Translations under genes and position numbers: made by a program
Notes under the pieces: generated by a model
The model's input: the letters and a program-made list of their open reading frames with translations, nothing else
Told to the model about the DNA's origin: nothing
The model's database searches: none
DNA from: Candidatus Latescibacterota bacterium
GTDB lineage: Bacteria > Latescibacterota > UBA2968 > UBA8231
Assembly (NCBI GenBank): GCA_965243025.1
Contig: CBDETY010000003.1
Location: 5,792,001-5,856,000 of the forward strand
Direction: 5' to 3'
Length of the DNA: 64,000 nucleotides
Part shown: piece by piece, positions 30,741 through 40,508 of the stretch
Layout of the letters: every line of letters starts with the position of its first letter
Numbering within the stretch: position 1 is the stretch's first letter

Positions 30741-31976
30741 ATGGCGACGATAATCGACGGTAAGAGACGCATTCCCTTCATGCGGGGAATGCTCGTCCAT
30801 CACCTGATCCAGCTAGGTTTCGACTACGATCAGGCTTACCTGCTTGCCGATGATGTGCGCGCTGCCCTGCGCGAGAAAACGGATGTAGACAAGAAGACGA
30901 TCACCCGGGTCATCCGTCAGCTGCTCTCCACCCATCACCAGGACCAGCCGGTTGGCGACCTCGTTTTCTGGGAACCGCGGCCGATGAGCGTTACCGTCGG
31001 CAGCCGGCCGTTCTCCCGGGAGATGTTGTCCAACTCGATCCAGGCCTCCGGTCTGCCGGCGGATCAGTCATTCCAGATCGCCCGCGACATCGAGACCCAG
31101 CTGATCAACAGCCGCCGCGGCAACATACCGGACGGGGAATTGCAGGTTCTCGCCGCCGACCTGCTCGAGGAACGGCACGGGGTGGACTATGCGGAGCGCT
31201 ACCAGGTCTGGCGGGCGTGGGGCGACCTCGACAAGCCGCTGGTAATCCTCATCGGCGGTGCCAGCGGGGTCGGCAAGACCTCCCTGGCGATCGACCTCGC
31301 CCACTTGCTGAACATACCGCGCGTGGTGGCCACCGACGATATCCGGCAGATCATGCGTCTGACACTGGCGCCCGAATTCATGCCGACGATTCACACCTCC
31401 TCCTATTCCGCGTGGTCCTCCTTGAGGGATTCAGACGTATCCGATGCCGTAATCGAAGGGTATAACGAACAGGCCCGGGTGGTGGCCGTCGGCGTTCAGG
31501 CAATTCTCGCCCGTTGCATCGAGGAAAACAGCAGCGTCATCATCGACGGCGTGCATGTCCTTTCTCCGTACATTGATCTCTCTCCGACCCGGGACACGGC
31601 GTTCGTTGCTCCCTTATGCCTTGCCGTGAGCGACCGAGCTTCGTACGCGGCGCGTTTCGCCAAACGCGCTCTCGAAGCTCCCAAACGGCGCCGCAATCGA
31701 TATCTCGATAACCTCGATCACATCATGCGCATCCAGGAATACCTGGTCGGCCGCTGCGTGCAGGAGGACATTCCGGTGATCGACGCCGAGGCGGTGGAAG
31801 ACGAAACGAGCGCCGCGGTAATGGTGGTCGTAGAGCGGCTGCAGGAGCAGGAGGAGGTGCGGGCAAGGCTGGCGGCAAACGGAAAAAACGGCAAACCTGT
31901 GGGAAAAAAGAAAAAGAGACGAAGGCAAACCGAAGAACGGTCTTCAAGGCCTCAACACGGGAAAGTGAGGGCGTAA
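30741..31976 (+). CDS. 2-phosphoglycerate kinase-like protein (two ATP-cone-like domains + P-loop)
   Basis: PFMRGML and PFSREML cone starts; ILIGGASGVGKT, TDDIRQIMR, IHTSSY, IDGVH. Confidence 0.8.
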   Translation: MATIIDGKRRIPFMRGMLVHHLIQLGFDYDQAYLLADDVRAALREKTDVDKKTITRVIRQLLSTHHQDQPVGDLVFWEPRPMSVTVGSRPFSREMLSNSIQASGLPADQSFQIARDIETQLINSRRGNIPDGELQVLAADLLEERHGVDYAERYQVWRAWGDLDKPLVILIGGASGVGKTSLAIDLAHLLNIPRVVATDDIRQIMRLTLAPEFMPTIHTSSYSAWSSLRDSDVSDAVIEGYNEQARVVAVGVQAILARCIEENSSVIIDGVHVLSPYIDLSPTRDTAFVAPLCLAVSDRASYAARFAKRALEAPKRRRNRYLDNLDHIMRIQEYLVGRCVQEDIPVIDAEAVEDETSAAVMVVVERLQEQEEVRARLAANGKNGKPVGKKKKRRRQTEERSSRPQHGKVRA

Positions 31977-31977
31977 G

Positions 31978-32394
31978 ATGCTTGGAAGGAAAGAGAACGG
32001 CCCCGCAAACGGGAGCGGACAACCCCTCAACACGATCATCGGAAGCGGTACCCTGTTCGAGGGGACCATGAAGGTGGACAACAGCGTCCGCGTCGACGGC
32101 ACCTTCAAGGGGGAACTATCCTGTTCCGGAGCCCTTACCATCAGCCAGTCGGGGGAAGCGTACGCCCAGATCGAAGGGGTGGAGGTCTACATCAACGGCA
32201 TAGTCAAGGGCACGATACGCGCCGAAAAGGTCCGCCTCGACAGCCAGGCGCGTTTCGTTGGCGAGGTCCATACCAGTTCCCTGTCGGTTTCCGAGGGAGC
32301 CGTCTTCCACGGCAACTGCGTCATGGAGACGACCGACGAGGTCGAAGAGACCGAAGATCAGGAGCCGGCAAAGCTGCTGCCGATGGAAGGGTAG
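31978..32394 (+). CDS. Bactofilin (polymer-forming cytoskeletal protein)
   Basis: TIIGSGTLFEG..VRVDG..G, SVSEGAVFHGNC. Confidence 0.9.
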   Translation: MLGRKENGPANGSGQPLNTIIGSGTLFEGTMKVDNSVRVDGTFKGELSCSGALTISQSGEAYAQIEGVEVYINGIVKGTIRAEKVRLDSQARFVGEVHTSSLSVSEGAVFHGNCVMETTDEVEETEDQEPAKLLPMEG

Positions 32395-32483
32395 TTACTT
32401 CCGGGACGCAGCAGTCTCGAACAGACCCGGGAACGGTCCGTCCGCAAGGAGAACCCCGGTTCCGGCGGTCGGCGGCGCTCCAC

Positions 32484-33473
32484 CTACCTGCGAACAGCGT
32501 AAAACCTGAGGTCGGGGTATACGCGGATCGCCGGGGCCGGCAGGTGGATCCAGTTGAGCTGGGATTTCAGCGATTTCCACCAGGCCGCCTCCCCGGGCAG
32601 ATCACGGAGATCGAAGTCGAAGGCGATCAGGATTTCCGGTTGCCCGTCGGGGAGGTTCCGGAACCCCCTGAATGGCCCCTTGCTCTTTACGTTGCTCCCG
32701 TGCAGACCCGTACCGCTGTATCCCAGTGCCAGTCCGAGGAAGTCAGGCCAGATGCGGGCCTCCCGGTCCGGAAGAAACTCCTCGACTGCCACCGTCATCC
32801 AGAAGGTCATGCCCTGGTAGTCGTCGATCAGGTGATCGGTGTGGGGCTGCTGCGCTCTGGAGCGCTGAACCCGCTCGAGATACAGGGGCGACGGCCAGTA
32901 GCTGAACTTGAAGCCGAAGGCGCGGCTGGGTGGACAGGCGGCGTAAACAAGCGGCACCGTCGCTCCCAGGGTGTTGAAGAAGAAATCCGGAATGCTGAAA
33001 CCCCAGTGCACGAAGTAGGCGTCTCGCATTTCGATTTCGAACAGCGCCCCCCAGCTCGTGAGAGTTCCCAGAGCGGTAGATGTCCCGGTGTCGAACCCCG
33101 CCCAGGAATAGGCATTCGAAAACAGGCTCGACAGAAAAAGGCCGCCCATGAAGTGGCCGCCCTTGTCGAGATTCAGGTAGGTGTCGCCAGCCCAGTCGTT
33201 GAGCCAACGGATCGAGTCGCGCTTCTCCCCCTGGTACCAGGTGCGGTCGAAATAGCGGAACCCCAGATAGTGGACGGCGGCGCCGGCGCCGCACAGGGCC
33301 AGCACTCGTTCGAGGCGGACGCCGGGGATTTCGGCGGATTCCTGATCCTGGCTCGTGTAACGGGGGGAAATCGCATCGCTCCGGCCGGCTTCGGATGCGC
33401 CGGGGCAGATGACGGCGACTGCAAGAAACAGGGCCGGAGAACACCGCAGGCAGGCCGTCAGCTTGTATCGCAA
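32484..33473 (-). CDS. DUF2279/YfiM-like exported protein
   Basis: Signal peptide, DKGGHF, WGFSIPD..NTLG, DDYQGMTFW. Confidence 0.75.
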   Translation of the reverse strand: MRYKLTACLRCSPALFLAVAVICPGASEAGRSDAISPRYTSQDQESAEIPGVRLERVLALCGAGAAVHYLGFRYFDRTWYQGEKRDSIRWLNDWAGDTYLNLDKGGHFMGGLFLSSLFSNAYSWAGFDTGTSTALGTLTSWGALFEIEMRDAYFVHWGFSIPDFFFNTLGATVPLVYAACPPSRAFGFKFSYWPSPLYLERVQRSRAQQPHTDHLIDDYQGMTFWMTVAVEEFLPDREARIWPDFLGLALGYSGTGLHGSNVKSKGPFRGFRNLPDGQPEILIAFDFDLRDLPGEAAWWKSLKSQLNWIHLPAPAIRVYPDLRFYAVRR

Positions 33474-33579
33474 TCCAGGGAACCGGTTTACCTTAAATGG
33501 GGTTTCAAGTAGTTGTAGTTTAATGTATTAAGGGACAACGGCAATCGAAAACGCCGCCGACAGACCGGCAGCCGGTTAG

Positions 33580-35370
33580 ATGGCCGGCAGCGATGGCATC
33601 AGTTCCGCCGGTGCCCGGCAGCGGGACCGGGGGCCGGGAACCCGCCCGTCGGTCCGCAGACGCCGCCCCGGCAGCCGGATCGATTTCCCGCCGGGGGCGC
33701 CTGCAGGTCCGCAGACGGGCCGGCGCTCTCGAGTGCGCCGATGGCTCTCGAGGATCGTCTCTTCATGGGGGCCGTCACCGACCTTCCGCATCTTTCTCTT
33801 TCTCGGCGGTATCATCGCCACCATGGGGTTTTTCCTGTACAACGAGTACGTGATCGACCAACTCAGGAGGCAGGAGAGAAACAGGGCAGCCCTCTACGCC
33901 AACCTCTACGGTCTGGCCTCGTCCCACCATCTCCACGAGGACTTCTCCGAACAGATCTGGAAAACTGTAATCTTCAACCCGGAAATCGACTTCCCGATAA
34001 TCGTCACCGACCACCGGGAGGAGGTCGTGCTGGTTAAAGGAAAGGGCCTTCCCGCCGCAGGCGACACGTCCGCAGCTGCTGCCGCCCGCCTTCGGCGGAT
34101 CCTCGAGCGGATGGACGCCCGCCATAAACCGGTGCGTTTTTTCGAGTCGCCCCTTGCCCGGGGACTTGTCTACTTCGACGGCGCCGACCTCGTGCTCACC
34201 GACCTGTCGGGCCGGGTCGTCACCTGGGCGGGCCCGGGTCTTACCGCTGCGGGTGATTCGACAGGGGCGGCAATTTCAAAGGCGGCGGCGGTGCTGCGGG
34301 TTCTTCGCACCGGGGTTGCTCCAGACTCGGTGGCAGTCGCCGCAGACCGCCGCAGCAGTCTGTATCTGGACGGGGACCGCTTCCTCGTCGTCGATTCCTC
34401 CGGGAAGGTCGCGGCCTGGGGCGGCAGCCGGCTGCCCGAGGGTCGTTCTCCCGCTGCCCTGGAGGAAGTACAGCGGGCGCTGAAAACCTGGCCAACCGGG
34501 CGGCCGCCGGTTTCGTTCCGAATCCCAACGGAAAAGTTCATCCACTTCGGCCAGTCCGACATGATCGGGCAGATTTCCCTCGCTCCCCTGGTTTCACTGG
34601 CAGTCCTGGCGGTCTTCGGCCTTATCGGCTACATCGGTTTTCGCAACATCCGCCGCGGCGAGCAGCGCTCGATCTGGGTCGGTATGGCCAAGGAGACGGC
34701 GCACCAGCTCGGAACGCCGCTTTCCTCGCTGGCCGGGTGGCTGGAACTGATGGCGGGCAGTCGCGGAAAGGTGCCGGAGGAGAGGGATGCGATCGTGCGC
34801 GAGATGCAGAAGGATATGCGGCGCCTGAATCAGATCGCATCGCGATTCAGCCAGATCGGCTCGGTGCCGGAGCTGCCCCTGACCGACGTGGCCTCGGTGA
34901 TCGCGGAAACCATCGGCTATTTCAGCGGACGCGGCCCTCAGTTCGGGCGCCATGTCTTCGAAGTCGATATCGGCGATCTGCCTAGGGTTCCATTGAACGC
35001 GGAGCTGATGGGCTGGGCTTTCGAGAACCTGTTCAAGAATGCCATGGACGCCATAGGGGGGAAGGAAGGAACCATCGCCGTGCGCGCCAGGCTGCGCGAC
35101 CCGGAAACCGTGAGCATCACCGTCAGCGACAACGGGCGCGGCATTGACGCCGACAGCCTTGCCCGGGTTTTCCAGCCGGGATTCTCCACCCGCAAGCGGG
35201 GCTGGGGCCTGGGGCTGGCCTTCGTCAAGCGAATCGTGGAGGAGTATCACGGCGGACGCATCCAGATCGCTCACAGCGCTGCGGGCCGGGGGACCACCTT
35301 CGAGATAGAGCTGCCGGTCAGGGGCGAGGGAACCGACTCCGGAGAGGAGCCGGGCTCGAGAGGGAAGTGA
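33580..35370 (+). CDS. Membrane sensor histidine kinase
   Basis: Two TM segments, WVGMAKETAHQLGTP H-box, ENLFKNA, DNGRG, GWGLGLA; start uncertain. Confidence 0.92.
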   Translation: MAGSDGISSAGARQRDRGPGTRPSVRRRRPGSRIDFPPGAPAGPQTGRRSRVRRWLSRIVSSWGPSPTFRIFLFLGGIIATMGFFLYNEYVIDQLRRQERNRAALYANLYGLASSHHLHEDFSEQIWKTVIFNPEIDFPIIVTDHREEVVLVKGKGLPAAGDTSAAAAARLRRILERMDARHKPVRFFESPLARGLVYFDGADLVLTDLSGRVVTWAGPGLTAAGDSTGAAISKAAAVLRVLRTGVAPDSVAVAADRRSSLYLDGDRFLVVDSSGKVAAWGGSRLPEGRSPAALEEVQRALKTWPTGRPPVSFRIPTEKFIHFGQSDMIGQISLAPLVSLAVLAVFGLIGYIGFRNIRRGEQRSIWVGMAKETAHQLGTPLSSLAGWLELMAGSRGKVPEERDAIVREMQKDMRRLNQIASRFSQIGSVPELPLTDVASVIAETIGYFSGRGPQFGRHVFEVDIGDLPRVPLNAELMGWAFENLFKNAMDAIGGKEGTIAVRARLRDPETVSITVSDNGRGIDADSLARVFQPGFSTRKRGWGLGLAFVKRIVEEYHGGRIQIAHSAAGRGTTFEIELPVRGEGTDSGEEPGSRGK

Positions 35371-36932
35371 TGGAGTCCAACCGGCGGAAGGTTCTATGGG
35401 CGGACGACGAGATCGACATGCTCCGCTCACACTGTCTGTTCCTGAAGGAGCGCGGCTACGAGGTAACCCCGGTCAGCAACGGGGAGGACGCCATCGCCCT
35501 GATGCGTCGCGAGCATTTCGACATAGTGCTTCTCGACGAAATGATGCCCGGTCTCGACGGCCTCGCTACCGTCGAGCAAGTGAAAAACCAGGATCCCAAC
35601 GTCCCGGTGATCATGATCACCAAGAGCGAGGAAGAGCGCCTGATGGACGAAGCCATCGGCCGCCGCCTCGACGATTACCTGACCAAGCCGGTCAACCCGA
35701 GCCAGATTTTCATGGCGTGCCGGAAAATCCTCGACTCCAGGCAGATTCGCCAGAACCAGGCTGGTCCGGCCTACGTATCCCAGGCCAATCAGATCCGCGA
35801 ATGGCTGTCGGGACCACAGACCTGGCATACCTGGATCGACATCCACCGTCTGTTGTGCGAGTGGGACATCGAGATCTCGCGGATCGGCGAACCCGGGCTG
35901 ATGCGGATGATCGAGGACCAGCGGCGGGAATGCAACCAGGAGTTCGCCCGTTTTGTCGAGCGGGAATATCCGACCTGGGTAAGGAGCGAGGGGGACTCTC
36001 CCCCGCTGTCCGTCGATGTCGTCTCCGAGAACGTCGCGCCGCATCTTCGGGCCGGGAAGCAGGTCTTCTTCATCGTAATCGATTGTCTGCGGCTCGATCA
36101 CTGGCTGACGGTGGAGCCGCTGATTTCGGAGTTTTTCAACGTACGGCGGTCGCACTACTACTCGATCCTGCCAACGGCGACGCCGTACGCCCGCAACGCC
36201 CTGTTCAGCGGTCTGTTTCCAGGCGAGATAGCGTCAAAGTACCAGAAGCTGTGGTCGGCCGGGAACGAAGACGAACGGAGCCTCAACCGTCACGAACACC
36301 GCTTCATAGACGACCTGATCGCCGCGGAGGGGATCGAGCTCGCCGGGTCCACGTGCTACTCCAAGATCCTGGAGGCAGGAGAGGGACGGGATACGGCTCG
36401 CAGGGTGGATTCGATGGCGCACTTCGCGCTGGTTGCCCTGGTCTACAACTTCCTCGACATGCTGGTACACGGCCGCTCCAGCTCGGAGATCCTGCGGGAA
36501 ATAGCACCTGACGAGAGCGCCTTTCGCTCGCTCGTGCAGTCGTGGTTCGAGCACTCGTCGCTCTTCGAGGTGCTCAAGAAGATTTCGCGAATGGACGCTG
36601 TCGTCGTCCTGACCACGGATCACGGAGCCGTGCGCGGCAGGCGGGCGACAGTGGTCCACGGCGACCGCCAGACATCGCCCAGCCTGCGCTACAAGCGGGG
36701 GCGGAACCTGCGCTGCGATTCCAAGGATGCCCTGCTCATTTCGGAACCGCTCGCGTACGGACTCCCCGAGGTCGGGCTGGGGGGCAACTACCTGATCGCA
36801 AAGGAAGATTTCTTCTTCGTGTACCCGAAGAATTTCCGGGAGTACCGGCGCCATCTCAGAGACAGCTTCCAGCACGGCGGCATCTCCCTGGAGGAGATGA
36901 TCCTTCCCATGGTCACCCTCGAGCCGCGATGA
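35367..36932 (+). CDS. porX: PorX-like response regulator with PglZ/alkaline-phosphatase domain
   Basis: WADDEID...LDEMMPG, MITKSEEE, IDCLRLD, ILPTATPYARNALFSG, TTDHG, FQHGGISLEE; followed by tsaE as in Bacteroidota. Confidence 0.88.
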   Translation: MMESNRRKVLWADDEIDMLRSHCLFLKERGYEVTPVSNGEDAIALMRREHFDIVLLDEMMPGLDGLATVEQVKNQDPNVPVIMITKSEEERLMDEAIGRRLDDYLTKPVNPSQIFMACRKILDSRQIRQNQAGPAYVSQANQIREWLSGPQTWHTWIDIHRLLCEWDIEISRIGEPGLMRMIEDQRRECNQEFARFVEREYPTWVRSEGDSPPLSVDVVSENVAPHLRAGKQVFFIVIDCLRLDHWLTVEPLISEFFNVRRSHYYSILPTATPYARNALFSGLFPGEIASKYQKLWSAGNEDERSLNRHEHRFIDDLIAAEGIELAGSTCYSKILEAGEGRDTARRVDSMAHFALVALVYNFLDMLVHGRSSSEILREIAPDESAFRSLVQSWFEHSSLFEVLKKISRMDAVVVLTTDHGAVRGRRATVVHGDRQTSPSLRYKRGRNLRCDSKDALLISEPLAYGLPEVGLGGNYLIAKEDFFFVYPKNFREYRRHLRDSFQHGGISLEEMILPMVTLEPR

Positions 36933-37429
36933 CGGGCGAGACCTCTGCGGGGGTACCCCTCTCCTGGCCGGAACCAGGCTTCACCGGCCGGCGCGCGACG
37001 ACCCGCTCGGCAGCGGAGACACAGGCACTCGGGGCCCGTTTCGCCGCCCTGCTGCGCCCCGGGGAGCTGGTGGCTCTTTCCGGAGAACTGGGAGCCGGCA
37101 AGACCTGCTTCATACAGGGTATCTGCAGCGGACTCGGTGTCGAAGAGACGGTGAACAGCCCGACATTCATACTGATGAACCAGTACTCCGGACGCCGCGA
37201 GGGCATTGCGATTTCCATCTACCACTTCGATTTTTACCGCCTCTCCGGCGCCGGGGAGCTCGACAGCTTCGGGGCGGACGAATTCTTCGACGGAGAGGGC
37301 ATATGCCTGGTAGAGTGGGCGGAGCGGGCGCCGGAGCGGCTCCCGCCGCGGCGCTGGCAGGTCGAAATGGAGTACGCCGGAACCGGGTCGCGGGCGCTGC
37401 GTTTCTGCAAGCTCGGCCCCGGCAGCTGA
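36929..37429 (+). CDS. tsaE: tRNA threonylcarbamoyladenosine biosynthesis ATPase
   Basis: GELGAGKT, SPTF, HFDFYRL, VEWAE. Confidence 0.93.
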   Translation: MTGETSAGVPLSWPEPGFTGRRATTRSAAETQALGARFAALLRPGELVALSGELGAGKTCFIQGICSGLGVEETVNSPTFILMNQYSGRREGIAISIYHFDFYRLSGAGELDSFGADEFFDGEGICLVEWAERAPERLPPRRWQVEMEYAGTGSRALRFCKLGPGS

Positions 37430-37446
37430 CCAGGAAGGGAAACGGA

Positions 37447-38241
37447 TTGCCGCACCAGACAGGAAGGACGATCAGCGGGGTCTTCACGGTATTGCTGCTT
37501 TGCGGGGGTGTCCGGGCGCAAGAGCCCGAACCGGTGAGGCTGGTCGACAGCCCGACCGCCGGACTGACCTCCAAGGGGCGCTTCGGCATAGACACGCGGC
37601 TGTTCTCGAACGGCGGCGTAACCGGCGAGGTGAACGCCGGGATCCTGAAGCGCATCGCGATCGGCCTTTCCTTCGGCGGCACCGGGATCATCGGCGACGA
37701 CGAGGTCTCCTGGTATCCCCGGGTAGAGGCTGCGGCCCGCTACCGCGTGATCGAGGAGAGCTCGGCGATGCCGGGGGTGGCGATCGGATACGAAACCCAG
37801 GGGTACGGGGCCTACGAAGAGAAACGCTACCAGATAAAGTCCAAGGGCCTGTTCGCGGCGTTCAGCAAGAACTACGCCTCCGCCCTCGGCCAGTTCGGCC
37901 TTCATGCCGGAATCAACCTGACCCGGGAGGACGAGGACGACGGGGATCTTTCCGGGTGGCTGGGCGTCGACAAGAGCATCGGAAGACAGCTGTCGATAGT
38001 CGGGGAGTACGACCTGGCCCTCAACGACAACGAAGACGACTCGCTGGGCTCGGGAAAGGGCTACCTCAACCTCGGGGCCTACTGGTCGGCGGTGCCGAAC
38101 ATCGGCATCGGAGTCCTGCTGAAGAACGTCCTGAGGAATCGGGAAGATCCGAAAACAGGAGTCCCGATCCTCGAACAGCAGCTGTCGGCCGATCCCGACG
38201 TCAGCCGGGAGATATCCATTCGCTATACCGAGGAGTTCTGA
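37447..38241 (+). CDS. Outer-membrane beta-barrel protein (YjbH-like)
   Basis: TTG start after AGGAAGGGA, signal peptide, LVDSPTAG, terminal Phe. Confidence 0.65.
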   Translation: MPHQTGRTISGVFTVLLLCGGVRAQEPEPVRLVDSPTAGLTSKGRFGIDTRLFSNGGVTGEVNAGILKRIAIGLSFGGTGIIGDDEVSWYPRVEAAARYRVIEESSAMPGVAIGYETQGYGAYEEKRYQIKSKGLFAAFSKNYASALGQFGLHAGINLTREDEDDGDLSGWLGVDKSIGRQLSIVGEYDLALNDNEDDSLGSGKGYLNLGAYWSAVPNIGIGVLLKNVLRNREDPKTGVPILEQQLSADPDVSREISIRYTEEF

Positions 38242-38242
38242 G

Positions 38243-39556
38243 ATGATGCGGAGATTCCGGGAGTCCGCAGTAGTGACCTCGCTGGCGCTGGCGATTCCGG
38301 CGTTTGCCCAGGAAGAGCGCGCCGTCGACCACTTCGCCGGGGTCGGGGTGCGGGCCATGGCGATGGGGGGAGCCTACTCGGGAGTGGCGGATGATTTCAC
38401 CGCGGTCTTCTGGAACCCGGCCGGACTGGTGCAGGTGCAGGAGCGGGAAGTCCATGTCGCCTTCCTGCGCAACGGGGTCACCAACGACTCCGAGCTGGAC
38501 GGCACCGCTTCGAGCTCCGAGCTCAGCAACACCCGCTTCGGTTCGCTCGGATTCGTCTATCCGTATCCCGTGTACAGGGGCAGCCTGGTGTTCGCCGCCG
38601 GTTTCAACCGCGTCAAGGATTTCGACTGGAGCCTGCGGGACCGGGGCTTCGTCGCCGCCGACAGCCTGTCGTTCGACAATTACTTCAGCCATGAAGGGGA
38701 GCTCGCCATGACCTCGGTGGCGGCCGCCGTCGACGTCTCGCCCTCGATCTCCCTCGGTGTCGCCGCGAGCCTGATTTCCGGGGAGGACGAGGCGGTCAAC
38801 GAATACGAATCGCTGGACAGCGAAGACTATTTCCTCGAAAAGAGGTTCACGGCGAGAGAGGTATTTGTCGACGACTACGAGACGACCTACCAGGTCACCC
38901 TTGGCGCCATGGTCCGGTCGCCGGTGGTGCGGTTCGGGGCGACGGTCGGAACCGGACCGACGCACGAGGTCAGCTACACATTCAAGGCGCCTCCCGACGC
39001 AGGCTGGAATTCGATCGAATACGACGACGGCTCGTTGGTGGAGACACCGAACGAGCAGATAAGGGATTCCTACGAGATCTCGTTGCCGCTCGAGTTCGGG
39101 GTCGGCGCGTCGCTGCGTCCGGTTTCCGGGTTGCTGTTCGCCGCCGGCGTCCACGTCGCCGAGTGGACGCAGACCGAGTACCGCGGAAAGGACGAAAGCG
39201 AGGTTCGCGCCAACACCTCCTTCGAGTCGCAGTACCGGGACGGAACCCGCTACCACTTCGGGATGGAATGGCAGGTGCCGGTGGTGGCCCTCGACCTGCG
39301 CGCGGGGTACTACACCGACCCCCTTCCCTTCGTCGGTCCGCGCGATCCGGGTCGTGAGGTCGACAGCGAGACCAATCCCCTCGTAATCGCCAGCCGGGAC
39401 CGAGCCTTCCTGACCCTGGGGGCCGGCCTGGAAATGGAGGAGGCCGTGGAGGTGAATCTCGCGTGGAACCGCGGAACCTTCGAGCGCCTGGAGCATCCCC
39501 TTAAGGAAGAGGTCACAGTGGACCGGGCATTCATAGGGTTGTCCTATCACTTCTGA
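38243..39556 (+). CDS. FadL/PorV-like outer-membrane transport protein
   Basis: VRAMAMGGAYSGVADDFTAVFWNPAGL, LRAGYYTDP, terminal YHF. Confidence 0.82.
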   Translation: MMRRFRESAVVTSLALAIPAFAQEERAVDHFAGVGVRAMAMGGAYSGVADDFTAVFWNPAGLVQVQEREVHVAFLRNGVTNDSELDGTASSSELSNTRFGSLGFVYPYPVYRGSLVFAAGFNRVKDFDWSLRDRGFVAADSLSFDNYFSHEGELAMTSVAAAVDVSPSISLGVAASLISGEDEAVNEYESLDSEDYFLEKRFTAREVFVDDYETTYQVTLGAMVRSPVVRFGATVGTGPTHEVSYTFKAPPDAGWNSIEYDDGSLVETPNEQIRDSYEISLPLEFGVGASLRPVSGLLFAAGVHVAEWTQTEYRGKDESEVRANTSFESQYRDGTRYHFGMEWQVPVVALDLRAGYYTDPLPFVGPRDPGREVDSETNPLVIASRDRAFLTLGAGLEMEEAVEVNLAWNRGTFERLEHPLKEEVTVDRAFIGLSYHF

Positions 39557-39571
39557 CCCTCGGGGCGAGCC

Positions 39572-39600
39572 TTGGATCTGATCCATACCAGATGTATATT
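39572..39600 (+). promoter_or_regulatory. Putative sigma70 promoter
   Basis: TTGGAT-N17-TATATT. Confidence 0.45.
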
Positions 39601-39684
39601 GAAGGCATGGCTGCTTGTGAAGGGTTTGTCCGGGAATGCGGAAAATAGTCACAACAGGCTGAAAAACAGGAGGTTGTGTCCATC

Positions 39685-40404
39685 ATGAAAAAAGCGACGG
39701 TTATCGCGGTCACCGGCCTGGGGGTCGTCGCCCTGTCGTTGAGCGGATGTTACACGGTGCTGAAATCGCCGTACGCCGCCGATGATGCCAGGGACGATTC
39801 CCGCTACTCCCGATGGGAAGAGAAGAACTTCGACGACGACCCGTACGCACCTACCATCGGGCGATTCGACGACGGCGACCGGTGGGACAGCCCCTACGAC
39901 TACGGCCGCCAGGGTTTCCCGGTCTTCGGGTATCACTCACAGTACGGCGGCTACGGCATGGGGGGATTCGGCAACCCCTACGGTGGGTACGGGGGCTACA
40001 GGTCCCCTTACGGCTACGGTTATGACCCGTACTACGGCTACGGTCAGGGTCCGTACGGCTACGGCTACGACCCGTATTACCAGAATCCCGGCGGAGTCTA
40101 CGTACCTCCAGGGTACGAGCTGGTGACCACCTCGGAGCTCGAGCGGCTGAGGCGGGAAATCCAGACACTCAATACCACCCAGGATCGTCTGCCGACTGTC
40201 GATGAAGAGGCATTGCGGATGCAGAGGATCGAAACCGACAGACAGACCTGGCAGCGCCGAAACACACCTCGCGCTACCACGAAGTCGGCCCCCACGACCC
40301 GGCGGGAGACAACCGCCACATCTCCTGCTCCGGCCGCCAAGAAGAAGGGGTCGGAAAAATCTTCGGGTGAGTCGAGTGCCGGGAGCCGGAGGAGCCGCCG
40401 TTAG
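39685..40404 (+). CDS. Lipoprotein with a Gly/Tyr/Pro-rich low-complexity region
   Basis: MKK..LSLSGC lipobox; repeated PYGYGYDPYY. Confidence 0.75.
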   Translation: MKKATVIAVTGLGVVALSLSGCYTVLKSPYAADDARDDSRYSRWEEKNFDDDPYAPTIGRFDDGDRWDSPYDYGRQGFPVFGYHSQYGGYGMGGFGNPYGGYGGYRSPYGYGYDPYYGYGQGPYGYGYDPYYQNPGGVYVPPGYELVTTSELERLRREIQTLNTTQDRLPTVDEEALRMQRIETDRQTWQRRNTPRATTKSAPTTRRETTATSPAPAAKKKGSEKSSGESSAGSRRSRR

Positions 40405-40438
40405 CGCGGTTCAGCGGACGAAAACCAGGCGACACGAG

Positions 40439-40477
40439 AAAGGCGGATGACCCGTTTCGGGCCATCCGCCTTTTTTT
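40439..40477 (+). terminator. Intrinsic (possibly bidirectional) terminator
   Basis: AAAGGCGGATG.CCCG-ttt-CGGG.CATCCGCCTTTTTTT between convergent genes. Confidence 0.85.
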
Positions 40478-40508
40478 GTCCGATACGGCACCTGCGGCTC
40501 GGCTCGGC

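Noticed and set aside
35367-36932. BREX defence system because of the PglZ domain
   Set aside because: PglZ is fused to a receiver domain in the porX-tsaE context; no brxC or pglX present
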